Below are positions 1 through 9,612 of a DNA stretch of 64,000 bases, in pieces (within the stretch, counting starts at the first letter, position 1; each line of letters starts with the position of its first letter). The position numbers and the translations under genes were made by a program. The notes below the pieces were generated by a model. That model was not told where the DNA came from and searched no databases. It was given only the letters and a program-made list of their open reading frames with translations. This stretch comes from a virus. The stretch spans positions 16,519-80,518 of IMG/VR virus record IMGVR_UViG_3300048589_001057. One strand, written 5' to 3'.

Positions 1-741
1 CACAATAACGGGTCAAAATGGTCTGCAAGGTCATACATGTCTCGCGCAAAGATGAACATGCTCTATATGGTTGAGTATGCAAACAGGCACGTTCAGGCGG
101 CTTACAATGAGGCTTTGACAGCACAGGGGTATAAGCAAGGCGGGCTTGGAGACGGCGTTTCAAACGTTAACGGTACAAACTGGGGTACCTTTTCAGGCTA
201 CTATCCGTTTGTTCCATGCGGCAGAACCACTGCGCTAGGCAATAAGTCAGGCTTTGTTAACTACGTAGTTGCAGGATTCACCGGTGGTGATATTACCGTC
301 CCGGTGCCAACATACCGCGGAGTTGAGCACCCTTATGGGCACATTTGGGAATGGGAGGACGGAATACTATATAACATTCAGGCTAATGATGCAGGCGGGC
401 AATCTCAGGTATTTATATGTGATAACCCCGCAAATTATGCCGATGTACTCACAAACTACAGGCAGGTTGGCTTGCTCCCACGAAATGAAGGTTACATAAC
501 CAGGTGTCTGCTTGATGAGGGGCTTACAATTCCAACTGAGGCGACCGGAGGCAGCTCAACAACGCGCTACTCGGATTATTTCTATACATCAATACCCGGC
601 TCTGGTAGTGCTATTAGAGGGTCTCTGGTGTCTGCGAATGCGAGTGCTGGCGCGGATGCGGGCCTCTTTTGCCTGAATACGCTTCACGTTCCGGCGAAGA
701 CGAATGCGACCTTCGGGTCTCGGCCTTGCTTCATTCCGTAG
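1..741 (+). CDS. DGR target protein with C-terminal C-type-lectin-like (Mtd-like) variable domain; probable tail fibre/adhesin, 5' end outside window
   Basis: Frame is open from base 1 (HNNGSKWSARSYM...). Contains YRGVEHPYGHIWEW and ends ...NATFGSRPCFIP, typical CLec DGR-target motifs. Its 3' end is the VR matching the downstream TR. Confidence 0.85.
   Translation, partial: HNNGSKWSARSYMSRAKMNMLYMVEYANRHVQAAYNEALTAQGYKQGGLGDGVSNVNGTNWGTFSGYYPFVPCGRTTALGNKSGFVNYVVAGFTGGDITVPVPTYRGVEHPYGHIWEWEDGILYNIQANDAGGQSQVFICDNPANYADVLTNYRQVGLLPRNEGYITRCLLDEGLTIPTEATGGSSTTRYSDYFYTSIPGSGSAIRGSLVSANASAGADAGLFCLNTLHVPAKTNATFGSRPCFIP
617..731 (+). repeat. DGR variable repeat (VR)
   Basis: 115-nt gapless match to 818-932; 14 of 15 mismatches are at TR adenines. 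Confidence 0.95.
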
Positions 742-785
742 AACGAGGCGCGATCGCCGAAGGCCGAAAAACGGAGCACGGGGCG
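742..785 (+). promoter_or_regulatory. GC-rich short hairpins after the VR (putative DGR homing hairpin/cruciform)
   Basis: GGCG-CGAT-CGCC, GCC-GAA-GGC and CCG-AAAAA-CGG inverted repeats directly after the target stop codon, where DGR cis elements lie. Confidence 0.5.
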
Positions 786-817
786 ATTTTAGTTCTTTGA
801 TTAAGGTTGTAGTTGGT

Positions 818-932
818 GAGGGTATCTGGTGTCTGCGAATGCGAATAATGGCGCGAATGCGGGCCTCTTTTACCTGAATACGAATAACGTTCCGGCGAAT
901 ACGAATGCGAACATCGGGTCTCAGCCAAGCTT
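818..932 (+). ncRNA. DGR template repeat (TR)
   Basis: Non-coding copy of the VR rich in AAT/AAC codons; has A at the positions that vary in the VR; followed by spacer ACCCTGCCACTTGGCAAAAAAT and the RT start. Confidence 0.93.
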
Positions 933-1045
933 TTTAATTAATTGATTTCACCGACTAAACCCTGCCACTTGGCAAAAAATGACAATTTTAAACCGCTTTA
1001 TGGTAGTCACATGGCGAAGTATAGCGGCTTAACAGAAGCAAAACT

Positions 1046-1120
1046 ATGAAACGAATTTCACATCTGTACGAAAAATTATGCAGCATGGATAACCTCATCC
1101 TGGCTGATGCTAATGCTTAA
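1046..1120 (+). pseudogene. Truncated DGR reverse transcriptase (N-terminal 24 codons only)
   Basis: Translates MKRISHLYEKLCSMDNLILADANA*, resembling the MKR...LYEKI.S.DNL.LA N-terminus of DGR RTs. Sits at the expected position after TR and spacer. No YxDD-containing RT body follows. Confidence 0.8.
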
Positions 1121-1123
1121 AAC

Positions 1124-1489
1124 ATGGAAACAACAAACTTATTAATATTACTTTTTATAGGGTTGTTTTTAGCCTTATGGAACGCTTACGTAATTGAATG
1201 GGGACTATCTACTAATTTAGTTTATCGTAGCAATATGAGTAAACTTTGGCATAGGATAGGTTTCCTTATTCGGGCTGCACTTGCTTGTTATGTTACGGCT
1301 TCATACGGATTGTTCTATGGATGGTTATCAGTAATAGTCCTTTGGCAGCTTTACGATGTGATAATCAATTTAGCACGTAAAATGCCAGCCTTCTATGTTG
1401 ACGAAAAGACCCGTAAAAGCAAGATGTCCACAGTAACGTGGATAGCCAAAGCAGGCTGGTTTTTAGGTGGATTAGCTTTCTTATTTTAG
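1124..1489 (+). CDS. Hypothetical multi-pass membrane protein
   Basis: ORF track; 3-4 hydrophobic segments. Confidence 0.6.
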   Translation: METTNLLILLFIGLFLALWNAYVIEWGLSTNLVYRSNMSKLWHRIGFLIRAALACYVTASYGLFYGWLSVIVLWQLYDVIINLARKMPAFYVDEKTRKSKMSTVTWIAKAGWFLGGLAFLF

Positions 1490-1551
1490 TTCACCTTTGA
1501 AACAATTGGAACAAAAAACCCATTAATTAACCCTTAATTCCGGAGATCACC

Positions 1552-2646
1552 ATGAAGCTATTAAAATTTACTCCCATAGGGAAAAGCCCTGAACTATTTA
1601 ATATTGATAATATTAAGTTTTCTTATCCCGATGGCTCTGGTACAAAGTTTACTTACGACTACTTTGGTAAACTTAAGCCCACCAGGGTATCAGAAAGTTA
1701 TGAAACTTTCTTAGCTTCTATCCAGGAGAACCGGCCATTCAATATCGAAAATCTTGTGTTATCCATTTTGAACGTGGATTACCGGGCATTTAATATACAG
1801 GCTAACTTACCCCTAAAATGGGTAGTAAGGGGAGAGCAAACTAGTAATGGTACTCTTCTGTATTGCCATGGCCAAGCCATCTCATTATCAGATGAACCTA
1901 TAGTAGTAAGAGTAACTGAAACCATTGATGAGATTATATCCCTTCAAGCTTCACTAATTCCCTTATCCATATCATCCATAGGGGGGACTGAATATGAGTT
2001 AGTCATAAGTGATGCTGGCAAGTATTTACGATTTTTTAGCCCTAATCCAGTAAGTGTTTTTGTTCCTCCGCATGAAAACGTTCCGTTACCTATTGGTATA
2101 CCCATTACTCTAGAACAAGCTGGTGAGGGAGTTATTACGGTAATGGCTAGTGAACTGCCAATCGCTACTATCAATGGGCTCCCTTGTTCTGGTGGGCAAT
2201 ATAAAACTCTTCAATTAATACAAGTCGAGGAAGATACTTGGACTTGCATAGGCGGGGTAACTCCAGAAATACAATGGGATTATGAGGGGGTATTAGTAGC
2301 TGGCATGGTTGTTGAGGAAGAGGCTATAGTTACGGGTTATGCGGATACGCCTAATTTTGATACCTTAGGTACAATCAACCCCAGTCCAATTACTTTATCC
2401 AATAACCGGCAGGTTAATCTTCTAGTCCATGATAATGGGGGGGGAATGCTCGGGGTAGCAGGTTTACTAGCCCTTGAGGCTACCGAATCCACTCCTGAAG
2501 CAGTAGGTTTTATACAGGTTTCCATTGACAATACTGTTTATGAAATTGGGGAATCCGGTATAGTAGAAATGGTGGAATCTCCATTTACTGACGGCGTTGA
2601 ATATAACATAAAAATTAGAGTTATGGAACAACCTTCAAATACCTAA
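1552..2646 (+). CDS. Putative virion structural/accessory protein
   Basis: Central YELVISDAGK...LPIG..ITLEQAGEG...WTCIGG domain of a kind common in tail and fibre proteins; lies in the structural region. Confidence 0.5.
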   Translation: MKLLKFTPIGKSPELFNIDNIKFSYPDGSGTKFTYDYFGKLKPTRVSESYETFLASIQENRPFNIENLVLSILNVDYRAFNIQANLPLKWVVRGEQTSNGTLLYCHGQAISLSDEPIVVRVTETIDEIISLQASLIPLSISSIGGTEYELVISDAGKYLRFFSPNPVSVFVPPHENVPLPIGIPITLEQAGEGVITVMASELPIATINGLPCSGGQYKTLQLIQVEEDTWTCIGGVTPEIQWDYEGVLVAGMVVEEEAIVTGYADTPNFDTLGTINPSPITLSNNRQVNLLVHDNGGGMLGVAGLLALEATESTPEAVGFIQVSIDNTVYEIGESGIVEMVESPFTDGVEYNIKIRVMEQPSNT

Positions 2647-2649
2647 ACC

Positions 2650-2862
2650 ATGTACACCGACCTCTTCTTCATTCTCTTCCTATCAGTCACCGGATATTAT
2701 CTGGCTGAATATATTAGGACTCTTATCACTAAGGACATAAGAAACCTTACTAAGTATTTAAGGTATTCACCAATCATTATGATGGTCCTAGCTGTTCTTC
2801 TATTTCTAGCCCTCCTTGCTGATGGCACTTTGTTTAATACTCCAGTAACTAATTATTTCTAA
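2650..2862 (+). CDS. Small 2-TM membrane protein (holin-like)
   Basis: 70 aa, two hydrophobic helices. Confidence 0.45.
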   Translation: MYTDLFFILFLSVTGYYLAEYIRTLITKDIRNLTKYLRYSPIIMMVLAVLLFLALLADGTLFNTPVTNYF

Positions 2863-2864
2863 CC

Positions 2865-3203
2865 ATGAAACCATTTATCAAAGAATCCCTGACTGATACC
2901 AGAGGGTACCCTTCATCAACCCGGGTAATTGCCTACAGGCTGGCTCTGTGGTTTTTCCCCTTGTTTAATCTCCTATACATAGGGTTGCTTACCCTTATTA
3001 TATATATGGTACTACGCCAAGGGAAAAGCATTGATGATGTGGTAGTTAGCTTTACCCTAACCACTTCAGGCTTTATACTTAGCCTTGATACCTTACTGTT
3101 GGGGTATGTGTTTGCCTCAAAGAGGACTGGCAAGTTAGCTGAAACTTCTGAGATAATTGAAATTGCCAAGGCCACTAATGCCGATCCATTGGTAGAAAAA
3201 TAA
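2865..3203 (+). CDS. Holin-like membrane protein
   Basis: LTD..G.PSSTRV N-terminal motif plus two TM helices, as in phage holin-like proteins. Confidence 0.5.
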   Translation: MKPFIKESLTDTRGYPSSTRVIAYRLALWFFPLFNLLYIGLLTLIIYMVLRQGKSIDDVVVSFTLTTSGFILSLDTLLLGYVFASKRTGKLAETSEIIEIAKATNADPLVEK

Positions 3204-3267
3204 TTACAAGATTGGTATGTATTTATTATAACATAATGAACAAACAACAAACTTAAAAAAGACGGCC

Positions 3268-3993
3268 ATGCCTACATACTTAGGAAACAAAACAAAGGCT
3301 ATATTTCTAAACACAGAAAGCCATAAGTTAGCTTTGGAATTTGAAGCTATCGGAAAAATTGGAGTGATCACAGTATCTGCTGATTTAGTAGCTGCCGATG
3401 TGGTTGCCACCACTATCAACGGCCAAACTGCCACTGTTACCTGGGGCACAAGTCACCTTGCCACTATGACAGCTTTGGCTGTAGCCATTAAAGCTTTATC
3501 CGGAGTATCTTATGCTAAAGTACATGGGGCCACTAGCAGGATAATTTCTTTCCTCATGGCTGATGATTCTGTTATACCCGTTATCACCAATACCTCAGTT
3601 ACCAATGGGGGAGCAGGTACCGCAACTGTAATTACCAGTGTAATGGATGCTACTATTAATATAGGTACTCCAGTAATCCTAATTGGGGTTGGTGAAAAAG
3701 TAGCCCCTGCGGCTTTGTATGACCATTTCGGCTTAACTTCGGCTATTGTCAACTTGATAGGTATTAGTATGCATTCTCCTGGACCTGGAGAACTCCTAAC
3801 CGTAATTATGAAGGGTTATGCCGTTATTTTCGCACAGGCTTCCTCAGGCGTAGCAGTTGGTCCAGTGGATTACAGCGGCCATGATTCTACCACCGGGTAT
3901 GATACCTATATAACCGGGACTTCATCGGCTTTGGGCTTTGCCCTTGATGCCGGGTCTGATGGGGATGTCATTAGGGTATTACTCTGTAAATAA
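3268..3993 (+). CDS. Head decoration/capsid cement protein
   Basis: Directly upstream of the MCP; C-terminal ALGFALDAGSDGDVIRVLL typical of decoration proteins; G/T/A/V-rich. Confidence 0.6.
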   Translation: MPTYLGNKTKAIFLNTESHKLALEFEAIGKIGVITVSADLVAADVVATTINGQTATVTWGTSHLATMTALAVAIKALSGVSYAKVHGATSRIISFLMADDSVIPVITNTSVTNGGAGTATVITSVMDATINIGTPVILIGVGEKVAPAALYDHFGLTSAIVNLIGISMHSPGPGELLTVIMKGYAVIFAQASSGVAVGPVDYSGHDSTTGYDTYITGTSSALGFALDAGSDGDVIRVLLCK

Positions 3994-4039
3994 GCTCAAG
4001 CTCAGTTCATTTTAAATAAAGCAATTAACAAACTCTACC

Positions 4040-5143
4040 ATGGATATCACAAAATACGAACAATCCGAGTTCAGAGGTAAAATCGAGGAAGCCGTAAGGT
4101 TCGGCTTAAACATCCGAAGTGATGCAAACCATCCCAAGGATATTTCATTACCTGAAATTATCAAGGAAAAATTCAATCTGGGCCTCTCAGATTTCCTGTT
4201 TGAACTGGGGATTAATCCTTCCGAGGACACTCTCCATAATATCTACACTGCCGTTGACAATGACATAAGGTGGTTAGTACCTGAATTTTTCCGCGAAGCT
4301 CTTTTGCTGGGTTACCGGGCAGCTCCAATATGGCCTTCAATTATTGCTTCCGAGGAGAATACCACTGGGTTGAGTCAAATCATGCCATGGTATAATATGT
4401 CCGATGTAGCTCCAAGGAAAGTTGGAGAGGGCGAAACTATCCCGGTTGGTACGGTTTCTTATGGGAGTAAGAAATTCAGTATTTACAAAATTGGTAGGGG
4501 TATTAAAATTACCGATGAAGTATCTCAGTATTCCAGCTTAAAACTGGTTTCCATTTTCCTCCGGGATTTTGGGGTAAAGTTTGGGCATGCTGCTGATACC
4601 CTTGCTATCGACACCCTTATTAATGGGGAACAAACTGACGGCTCAGAATCAGCTCCAGTAATCGGGGTTACCGACACTGTTGCTGGTAAACAATACAAGG
4701 ATCTTCTCCGCTTATGGATTCGCTTGGCACGTATTGGTCGTACACCAACAACCATTATCGGGGGTGAGGCCGCTGCCTTAAGCACCCTGGATATGGATGA
4801 ATTTAAGAAAAGGGAATCCGGTACAACGGAGAAGACCTTAGTACTAAAGACTCCTGTCCCCTCCTCTACTAATTACTTTATCCATGGTAATGTACCGCCA
4901 AACCAGGAGATCATGGTTGACCCAATGTCTGCCCTTATCAAGTTTAATGCCCAACCATTGAAGGTAGAATCCGAAAGGATCGTATCAAATCAAACTGAGG
5001 CCTTCTACGCTACCCTCACTACTGGGTTTGCTAAACTATTCCGCGATGCTGCGATCATTATGGATAGCAGTGTACTATTCTCCAGTTATGGATTCCCATC
5101 TTACTTGGATGTTGACCCATACCAAAACGTAACCATCGAGTAA
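4040..5143 (+). CDS. Major capsid protein (HK97 fold)
   Basis: 367 aa; WLVPE..., RKVGEGETIP, KIGRGIKITDE motifs; synteny with the head-neck-tail module. Confidence 0.85.
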   Translation: MDITKYEQSEFRGKIEEAVRFGLNIRSDANHPKDISLPEIIKEKFNLGLSDFLFELGINPSEDTLHNIYTAVDNDIRWLVPEFFREALLLGYRAAPIWPSIIASEENTTGLSQIMPWYNMSDVAPRKVGEGETIPVGTVSYGSKKFSIYKIGRGIKITDEVSQYSSLKLVSIFLRDFGVKFGHAADTLAIDTLINGEQTDGSESAPVIGVTDTVAGKQYKDLLRLWIRLARIGRTPTTIIGGEAAALSTLDMDEFKKRESGTTEKTLVLKTPVPSSTNYFIHGNVPPNQEIMVDPMSALIKFNAQPLKVESERIVSNQTEAFYATLTTGFAKLFRDAAIIMDSSVLFSSYGFPSYLDVDPYQNVTIE

Positions 5144-5150
5144 TGACTAG

Positions 5151-5173
5151 CGGGGGTTAACACCCCCACTTTT
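5151..5173 (+). terminator. Putative intrinsic terminator after the MCP
   Basis: GGGGG-TTAACA-CCCCC hairpin followed by ACTTTT. Confidence 0.45.
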
Positions 5174-5201
5174 CAAGTACTATTATTAATAAACCTACCA
5201 T

Positions 5202-5624
5202 ATGGAATATTTTAAATTAGGAGAAAAAGCCTCTATCTTTTATGACCCAAGTACCCAGGTACTTATTCGCCAGGGAGAAGTTCAGGCTTTTAAATCTTTA
5301 CCGAAAAGCAAAAAGGTTGGGCTTGCTCGTCGTAATGGCCATATTACCTCAGCCTCTGAGGAAGAGTATAACAACTATTTGGCTACTCTGGATAATCCTG
5401 AAGATGCCCCGATAGTTGTTCCCTCTAAGCCAAAAACCAAGGATAAGGACAAGGATCTTTATGAGTACAATCCGGAACTTCTTACCCTAACCCCAGACCA
5501 GTTCCGTAAAAAACTGGCTGAGGAATCGGGATTCCTAGATGAGGACTTGGACCAGTTCGAGAAACTCAAAGACATCAAGAAAATGATCAAACTCTTTGAT
5601 GAGATCAACAAAGAATACCAGTAA
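5202..5624 (+). CDS. Hypothetical protein after the MCP (C-terminal small helical domain)
   Basis: ORF track; preceded by an ACTATT motif. Confidence 0.6.
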   Translation: MEYFKLGEKASIFYDPSTQVLIRQGEVQAFKSLPKSKKVGLARRNGHITSASEEEYNNYLATLDNPEDAPIVVPSKPKTKDKDKDLYEYNPELLTLTPDQFRKKLAEESGFLDEDLDQFEKLKDIKKMIKLFDEINKEYQ

Positions 5625-5649
5625 CTTCAGTTTCCCATTACCAGCAAGG

Positions 5650-5681
5650 AAAGCCCTACCCTAAATGGGTGGGCTTTTTTT
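5650..5681 (+). terminator. Intrinsic terminator
   Basis: AAAGCCCTACCC-TAAAT-GGGTGGGCTTT plus T-run. Confidence 0.8.
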
Positions 5682-5727
5682 ATGTTAAAGCCATGGCATA
5701 CACTCCTCATTAGAACCCTCCACAAGT

Positions 5728-6237
5728 ATGGACATACTAGCCACTATTGCCTCACGGATTCCCAGTGACCTTTTACCAGATTCATCGGTATTATCCGACT
5801 ACCTTACTAAGTGGAAACTATTCATAGCTCCATTGCTAGACCCAGAAATTCCAATCGACCTCATATTTGATGACAGTAGCTGGCCATTACTAGCCGCTGA
5901 GTTATTGGTTAGTTTGGTTATATATGAGGTATTGGATATTTCAATAAAGGCTTACCTTCTATCAGCTGTGGGTTCTACTACCTCATCTACAGGAAGTACA
6001 GGAATTGTTAAGAAGGTAGTTACTGGGCCAACCGAAGCTGAATTCTTTTCCCCAAAAGAAACCATGTCAGAAGTTATTAAGCCTGGGGGATTATTCTACA
6101 TTACTAAAGATACAGTCTGTATGCTGGCAAGTAGGTTGAATATAACCCTATATATTTGCCCAGATTTAAATCGCCCAGTAATTGCTCCTGATGTTCATAA
6201 GAAGCCTCATAAAAGACACCTACATTTCCCTAACTAA
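5728..6237 (+). CDS. Putative head-tail adaptor
   Basis: Size, synteny and helical N-terminus followed by VKKVVTGPTEAEF beta-hairpin. Confidence 0.55.
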   Translation: MDILATIASRIPSDLLPDSSVLSDYLTKWKLFIAPLLDPEIPIDLIFDDSSWPLLAAELLVSLVIYEVLDISIKAYLLSAVGSTTSSTGSTGIVKKVVTGPTEAEFFSPKETMSEVIKPGGLFYITKDTVCMLASRLNITLYICPDLNRPVIAPDVHKKPHKRHLHFPN

Positions 6238-6243
6238 TATACT

Positions 6244-6732
6244 ATGCTAACTAATGCTCAATGGGCTGCGTACAGGCAGGTAATCAATGCAGCTAGTTTA
6301 TCTTTTAATCAAGAAGTTATTATTTGGAATAGAGCTAGTATAAAACTAGACAGGGATGGGGATGACACTATTAAACCCACATTTTTCCAACAGCCCCTAA
6401 ATGCTTTAATCCAATATAACGTAGCCCGGACATGGCCCATCGATAAGTCTACTGATACAGGTTTAATCGACAACCAGTCTGTGGCTATCATCCTGAATAA
6501 GGATTATCTTGCAGGATTAGGATTTATTAACCCATCCAACAATTTTGACTTCGACCCTGGATTTGACTACTTCACAGTACAGGGGGTAAACTATAAAAAA
6601 ATGGGGGATACCCCAGCTGCACAAGCCGGTGATGACCCCTTATTAGTATACCTCATATGCGAAAGGATGAGAGTTGAATCCGCTCAACCCCACTATGGGC
6701 CAGCTAGTGGTATTACCCCTGAAGTAGATTAA
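6244..6732 (+). CDS. Putative head closure/stopper protein
   Basis: Synteny; beta-rich with D.F.VQGVNY motif. Confidence 0.5.
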   Translation: MLTNAQWAAYRQVINAASLSFNQEVIIWNRASIKLDRDGDDTIKPTFFQQPLNALIQYNVARTWPIDKSTDTGLIDNQSVAIILNKDYLAGLGFINPSNNFDFDPGFDYFTVQGVNYKKMGDTPAAQAGDDPLLVYLICERMRVESAQPHYGPASGITPEVD

Positions 6733-6734
6733 CC

Positions 6735-7325
6735 ATGGCAGTACAAGTTGGCCAGAGTAAATACAAGGAAGGCGTAATAGGGGATTTCTATACCCGTAAT
6801 ATTACTGCTAACACCAAAATTGAATGGCTGGGTAATTGGGATAGGGTAGCTAGGATATTTAATGGGTTACCACAAGATATTAAGATTGTAACCCACCAAG
6901 CAATCCTAGAATACGCCAATAAGTACTACCATTCAGTAATCGGGGCTATTAATAACAATGGTGGTAGTGCTGTTAAATGGAAACCTTATTCAAGGGGGTA
7001 TGCTGCGGCAAAGAGAAAAAAAGGGTTACATGGGTTCCCATCCTTCTATAGACTAAAGGGAATGTTAGTGAAAGCTATAAAGGTTGAAACCCACGTACGG
7101 GGCCAGGTTAGAGTCACCATAAATAAAAACGCCCAGATGAGCAATTCTGATACTTCCCTTAATGCCTCTCAACTAATGAATATCCTGGAACATGGTTCAG
7201 TATCTCGGGGTATTAGTAAGCGGCCTTTATTCGGGCCAGTATGGTCTAGTATGGGTGGGAATAAGGCCTTATCCAAGTTTGTATCAGAACGTATAGGACG
7301 TAAAATCATAACTTACAGAAGCTAA
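6735..7325 (+). CDS. Neck/virion morphogenesis protein
   Basis: WKPYS..Y...K and ILEHG....I.KRPLFGP motifs of the HK97 gp10/Mu gpG-like family. Confidence 0.65.
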   Translation: MAVQVGQSKYKEGVIGDFYTRNITANTKIEWLGNWDRVARIFNGLPQDIKIVTHQAILEYANKYYHSVIGAINNNGGSAVKWKPYSRGYAAAKRKKGLHGFPSFYRLKGMLVKAIKVETHVRGQVRVTINKNAQMSNSDTSLNASQLMNILEHGSVSRGISKRPLFGPVWSSMGGNKALSKFVSERIGRKIITYRS

Positions 7326-7326
7326 G

Positions 7327-8022
7327 ATGTCAGACTTACCCCTTATTGATTTACAAGAGGTTATAGAAGTAACCATATTTAAAACTATCTTAGCTGAATT
7401 AGTGGATAAGGGTTATACTCCAGATATAACAGATATATCCACTTATCCAGATTCAGTTGCTGGACAAGCCGCATATAATGCTAGTAAAGCCAGTATCATA
7501 AGTACCAAGGGTTTTTGTGTGGATTTATTCAATATGAGTAACCCAGATTATAAAGGCTTAAAGGACTTACCCAGGATAGTTTTAATATTCGATGATCCTG
7601 TTCCAGGAGATATTGGGTTGGACCAAAAAATAGACTCAGCCCCATCAGGATTAAGCTTTTCTGTTAAACGCCCTCCAGAAATTTTTGATCTCCCATTCTC
7701 AGTTTACCTAATCTCTAATAACTCAAAACAGAGAAGGGTTTTAATTGGTATACTAGCTAATTCCCTACCAACTAAGGGGTACATACCCATATATCCCAGG
7801 TACTCTTATAGGGGGTTTAATATATTCATTGACCAGCTTAATACTAGTACCATACCCTCAGCTATAGATGGATTAATGGAAAGAGCTTATGCCTATATAG
7901 TGAAGGACCTTTTACTGATAGAATATGAGAAAGCTTTTGATGATTTCGGTATTCTATCACAAATTACAGTTGACATGGAAATCCAACAAAGGCTGACTTC
8001 CTTTCAAGTTAGAGATGCTTAG
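7327..8022 (+). CDS. Putative tail terminator/completion protein
   Basis: Synteny just before the sheath; LPRIVL motif. Confidence 0.5.
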   Translation: MSDLPLIDLQEVIEVTIFKTILAELVDKGYTPDITDISTYPDSVAGQAAYNASKASIISTKGFCVDLFNMSNPDYKGLKDLPRIVLIFDDPVPGDIGLDQKIDSAPSGLSFSVKRPPEIFDLPFSVYLISNNSKQRRVLIGILANSLPTKGYIPIYPRYSYRGFNIFIDQLNTSTIPSAIDGLMERAYAYIVKDLLLIEYEKAFDDFGILSQITVDMEIQQRLTSFQVRDA

Positions 8023-8084
8023 AGTCCAATACTATCAGGCATATCACCACAAGATTAATTCTTATACAATAAAGATTAATAGAG

Positions 8085-9608
8085 ATGAACGTAACTAGCC
8101 AGATTAAATTCAACCTCCTAAATGAGGCTGTTGGTGTTTCTTCCCCTTCTCAAGGTATTATCTTCGTTGAAGGTCTTACTTTAAGGGGCCCAATAAATGA
8201 TCCCTCAGAAATCATCACATCCCCCAAAAGATTCAGGGCTTTATTTGGGGATACAAATATAGCTTCTTTATTTCCAGTTATCTGTATGGGTATGCTGGAG
8301 AGAGGGGCTTATCTTAGGGTTAATCGCATAGCCACTGGTACTCCGGTTACCGCTACTGCCACTGCTTTTACAGACGGGGCAATACCGGTATTTCAGATTT
8401 TGGCTAAATACCCTGGGGTTGACTACAATAATATAAAGGTTACTGTAGGTGATGCCACTAATGGGGATGCCAATTCCTTTAACTTAACAGTTGAGCACTT
8501 GGTAGATACTACCATGGTAGAGAAATATGAGAATTTAAAAATTCCAGGAGTACCTACTGTGGCTGGTTCTGAGTACCTTAAGAAAGTAACCGCTAATTCA
8601 TCTTTGGTTACTGTTGTATATTCAGACCTCTCCGCTCAAACTGCCCCTATCAGACCGGACAATGCTAATAAGACTTTAAGTACTGGAAGTGATGGTAGTA
8701 CCCCAGCAGTAGCAGATTATATTGGTACTAAAGCTTTACAAACTGGCTTTTATGCTTTTGATCCTTATGATGACTCATATGCTCTGGTATGCCCAGCAGT
8801 AAGTGAAGGGGATTTAGAGGGGTTAACCGCGGGGGGCGATAGCTATGCCGATAATCGCCAAGATCTAGTTTACTATGCTCACTTAGGCTTGGATAATATC
8901 AGTACTACTGCTTTACTTGCAGAGAAGCCGGCTATCAACAATATGTATACAATGATTACTTCCGGGGGTTTATATCAAACTCACCCAACTAGTGGTGAAG
9001 TTATTGAAATACCCGAGATTGGTTATGCCTTAGCAAGAATGGCTAAAGTTCATCGGGAATATGGTGAATGGTATTCATTCTTCGGCCCATCTCTTGGGGA
9101 TATTTCCGGTACCTTGGGAGCCGTCAATAACTTCGGTAGTTCCGCCCTGCTTGCAGACTTAAACCTACTGGCTCAACGCCAAATCAATATGATGGTTACC
9201 CGGAATGGGTTAACCTATCTAGCTGATGCTTATACATCTGAAGTGGATGAAAGCCCAGTTAACCATGTTTCAATAGTTAACCTGATCCTGTTTATTAAGA
9301 AATCCCTAAAGCCAACATTGGAAAGGTTCATTGGTTTACCTTTAGATTTTACTCTAATCCAGTCAATATTCTATACTGTAAAACCCCTATTTGATTCTTT
9401 GGTAGCCGGTAGAGCATTATTCGACTATGCCTGGGAGGGTGACCAATATGCTAGTTCCTTAAGTGATTTACAGGTAAACGATCCCATAGATTTTGGTATG
9501 GGTAGGTACAAGGTTAACCTAAGGATTATCCCAATTTCTCCTTTGAAAGAAATCACCATCAATATTATCCTCACATCTGCTGGGGTAGAGTTAACTACTA
9601 ATAATTAA
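8085..9608 (+). CDS. Tail sheath protein
   Basis: G.T.RGPINDP.EITS...F...FG N-terminus; GSDGS..ADYIG....TG.YAF; C-terminal I.PISPLKEITINI. Confidence 0.9.
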   Translation: MNVTSQIKFNLLNEAVGVSSPSQGIIFVEGLTLRGPINDPSEIITSPKRFRALFGDTNIASLFPVICMGMLERGAYLRVNRIATGTPVTATATAFTDGAIPVFQILAKYPGVDYNNIKVTVGDATNGDANSFNLTVEHLVDTTMVEKYENLKIPGVPTVAGSEYLKKVTANSSLVTVVYSDLSAQTAPIRPDNANKTLSTGSDGSTPAVADYIGTKALQTGFYAFDPYDDSYALVCPAVSEGDLEGLTAGGDSYADNRQDLVYYAHLGLDNISTTALLAEKPAINNMYTMITSGGLYQTHPTSGEVIEIPEIGYALARMAKVHREYGEWYSFFGPSLGDISGTLGAVNNFGSSALLADLNLLAQRQINMMVTRNGLTYLADAYTSEVDESPVNHVSIVNLILFIKKSLKPTLERFIGLPLDFTLIQSIFYTVKPLFDSLVAGRALFDYAWEGDQYASSLSDLQVNDPIDFGMGRYKVNLRIIPISPLKEITINIILTSAGVELTTNN

Positions 9609-9612
9609 AAAA

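Noticed and set aside
731-928. Minus-strand 65-aa ORF as an Avd or other protein
   Set aside because: Antisense to the TR; no Avd-like helical-bundle features
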